A DNA stretch of 64,000 nucleotides. Source: Chiloscyllium plagiosum (taxonomy: Eukaryota). Under the pieces are notes generated by a model that did not search any database, was not told the origin of the DNA, and saw nothing but the letters and a program-made list of their open reading frames with translations. The translations under genes were made by a program, and so were the position numbers. The DNA lies in the NCBI RefSeq assembly GCF_004010195.1, contig NC_057718.1:56805166-56869165 (forward strand). Direction: 5' to 3'. This document shows positions 63,488 through 64,000 of this stretch, one piece after another. Numbering within the stretch: the first letter of the stretch is position 1; every line of letters starts with the position of its first letter.

Positions 63488-63592
63488 ATTTGGAGATGCC
63501 ATTGTTGGACTGATGAAGGAGCGTCGCTCCGAAAGCTAGTGTACTTCCGATTAAACCTGTTGGACTATAACCTGTTGTTGTCTGATTTTTAA
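63488..63592 (+). mobile_element. 105-bp second-family mini-insertion carrying an intact hammerhead core
   Basis: TSD ctttctccacWtatg at 63473-63487 / 63593-63607; sequence shared with 61130-61340. Confidence 0.85.
63510..63538 (+). ncRNA. Minimal type I hammerhead ribozyme motif, second family
   Basis: CTGATGA-A-GGAGC(GTC)GCTCC-GAAA-GC-TA: both core boxes intact, perfect 5-bp helix II, palindromic AGCT helix III. Confidence 0.75.
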
Positions 63593-64000
63593 CTTTCTCC
63601 ACATATGTATATTTATTACTCCTATTTTTGATCGGCTATTTAAAACCAATTTTGCCCATTTATTCGATAGAATCAAGCAGGACCTTTGTAGATGGGTGGC
63701 ACTTCCGATCTCTTGTTTAGATCAGATAGCCCTCATCAAAATGAGTATTCTGCCCCACCTGTTGTATCCTATGCGAATGCTTCCTCTACTTTTTACTAAG
63801 CAAATATTTAGAAGACTTAGCAGCTGGTTTAATTCTTTTATCTGGTATTGCAAGTGGCCTCTAATTAAATTGACTAAATTGCAGTTACCTTACACGAAGG
63901 GTCTGTTTCCATGCTGTACATCTCTATGACTCTATGACTGGGACAAATGGGCCTCCCAGATATAAAAAGCTACCAGTTAAGCTCGTTGCTATCTTATGTG

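Larger units (their letters stand above)
62870..64000 (+). mobile_element. Decayed L1-clade LINE RT fragment with nested CR1 3' piece (about 63125-63365, minus) and hammerhead mini-element
   Basis: QGCSLSPLLFTLVI, ALYEDDILVFL (YADD-like), GYKISFAKSEAM and IALIKMSILPHLLYP are L1-type ORF2 motifs. Confidence 0.78.

Noticed and set aside
54270..64000. Next upstream CCDC88A exon
   Set aside because: No convincing coiled-coil exon with splice sites found by eye; probably outside the window. The same holds for the next downstream exon in 1-7453.

Overview
Vertebrate genomic DNA, most likely from a cartilaginous fish (inferred from HE1/V-SINE-type SINEs and the CR1- and Penelope-rich landscape). 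The window lies inside one minus-strand gene, CCDC88A (Girdin/GIV). Four consecutive coiled-coil exons splice in frame with GT-AG boundaries: 54130-54267, 34555-35625, 20445-20572 and 7454-7595 (alternative start 7592 at a NAGNAG acceptor). The 13-18.5 kb introns are mostly nested, decayed retroelements: CR1-type LINEs, Penelope-like elements (PLEs; RT plus GIY-YIG), Gypsy-like LTR remnants, solo LTRs, an L1-type fragment and several SINE families. Nearly all other ORFs in the track are by-products of these repeats. The most striking structure is a dense set of short (about 100-840 bp) insertions built from PLE terminal repeats. Most are fold-backs flanked by 8-16 bp target-site duplications (TSDs), and they carry minimal hammerhead-ribozyme motifs (CTGANGA-A-stem-GAAA-CG/GC-TH) of at least three sequence families, often on both strands. 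All calls come from reading the sequence by eye; no database search was run, and repeat boundaries are approximate unless a TSD is given.
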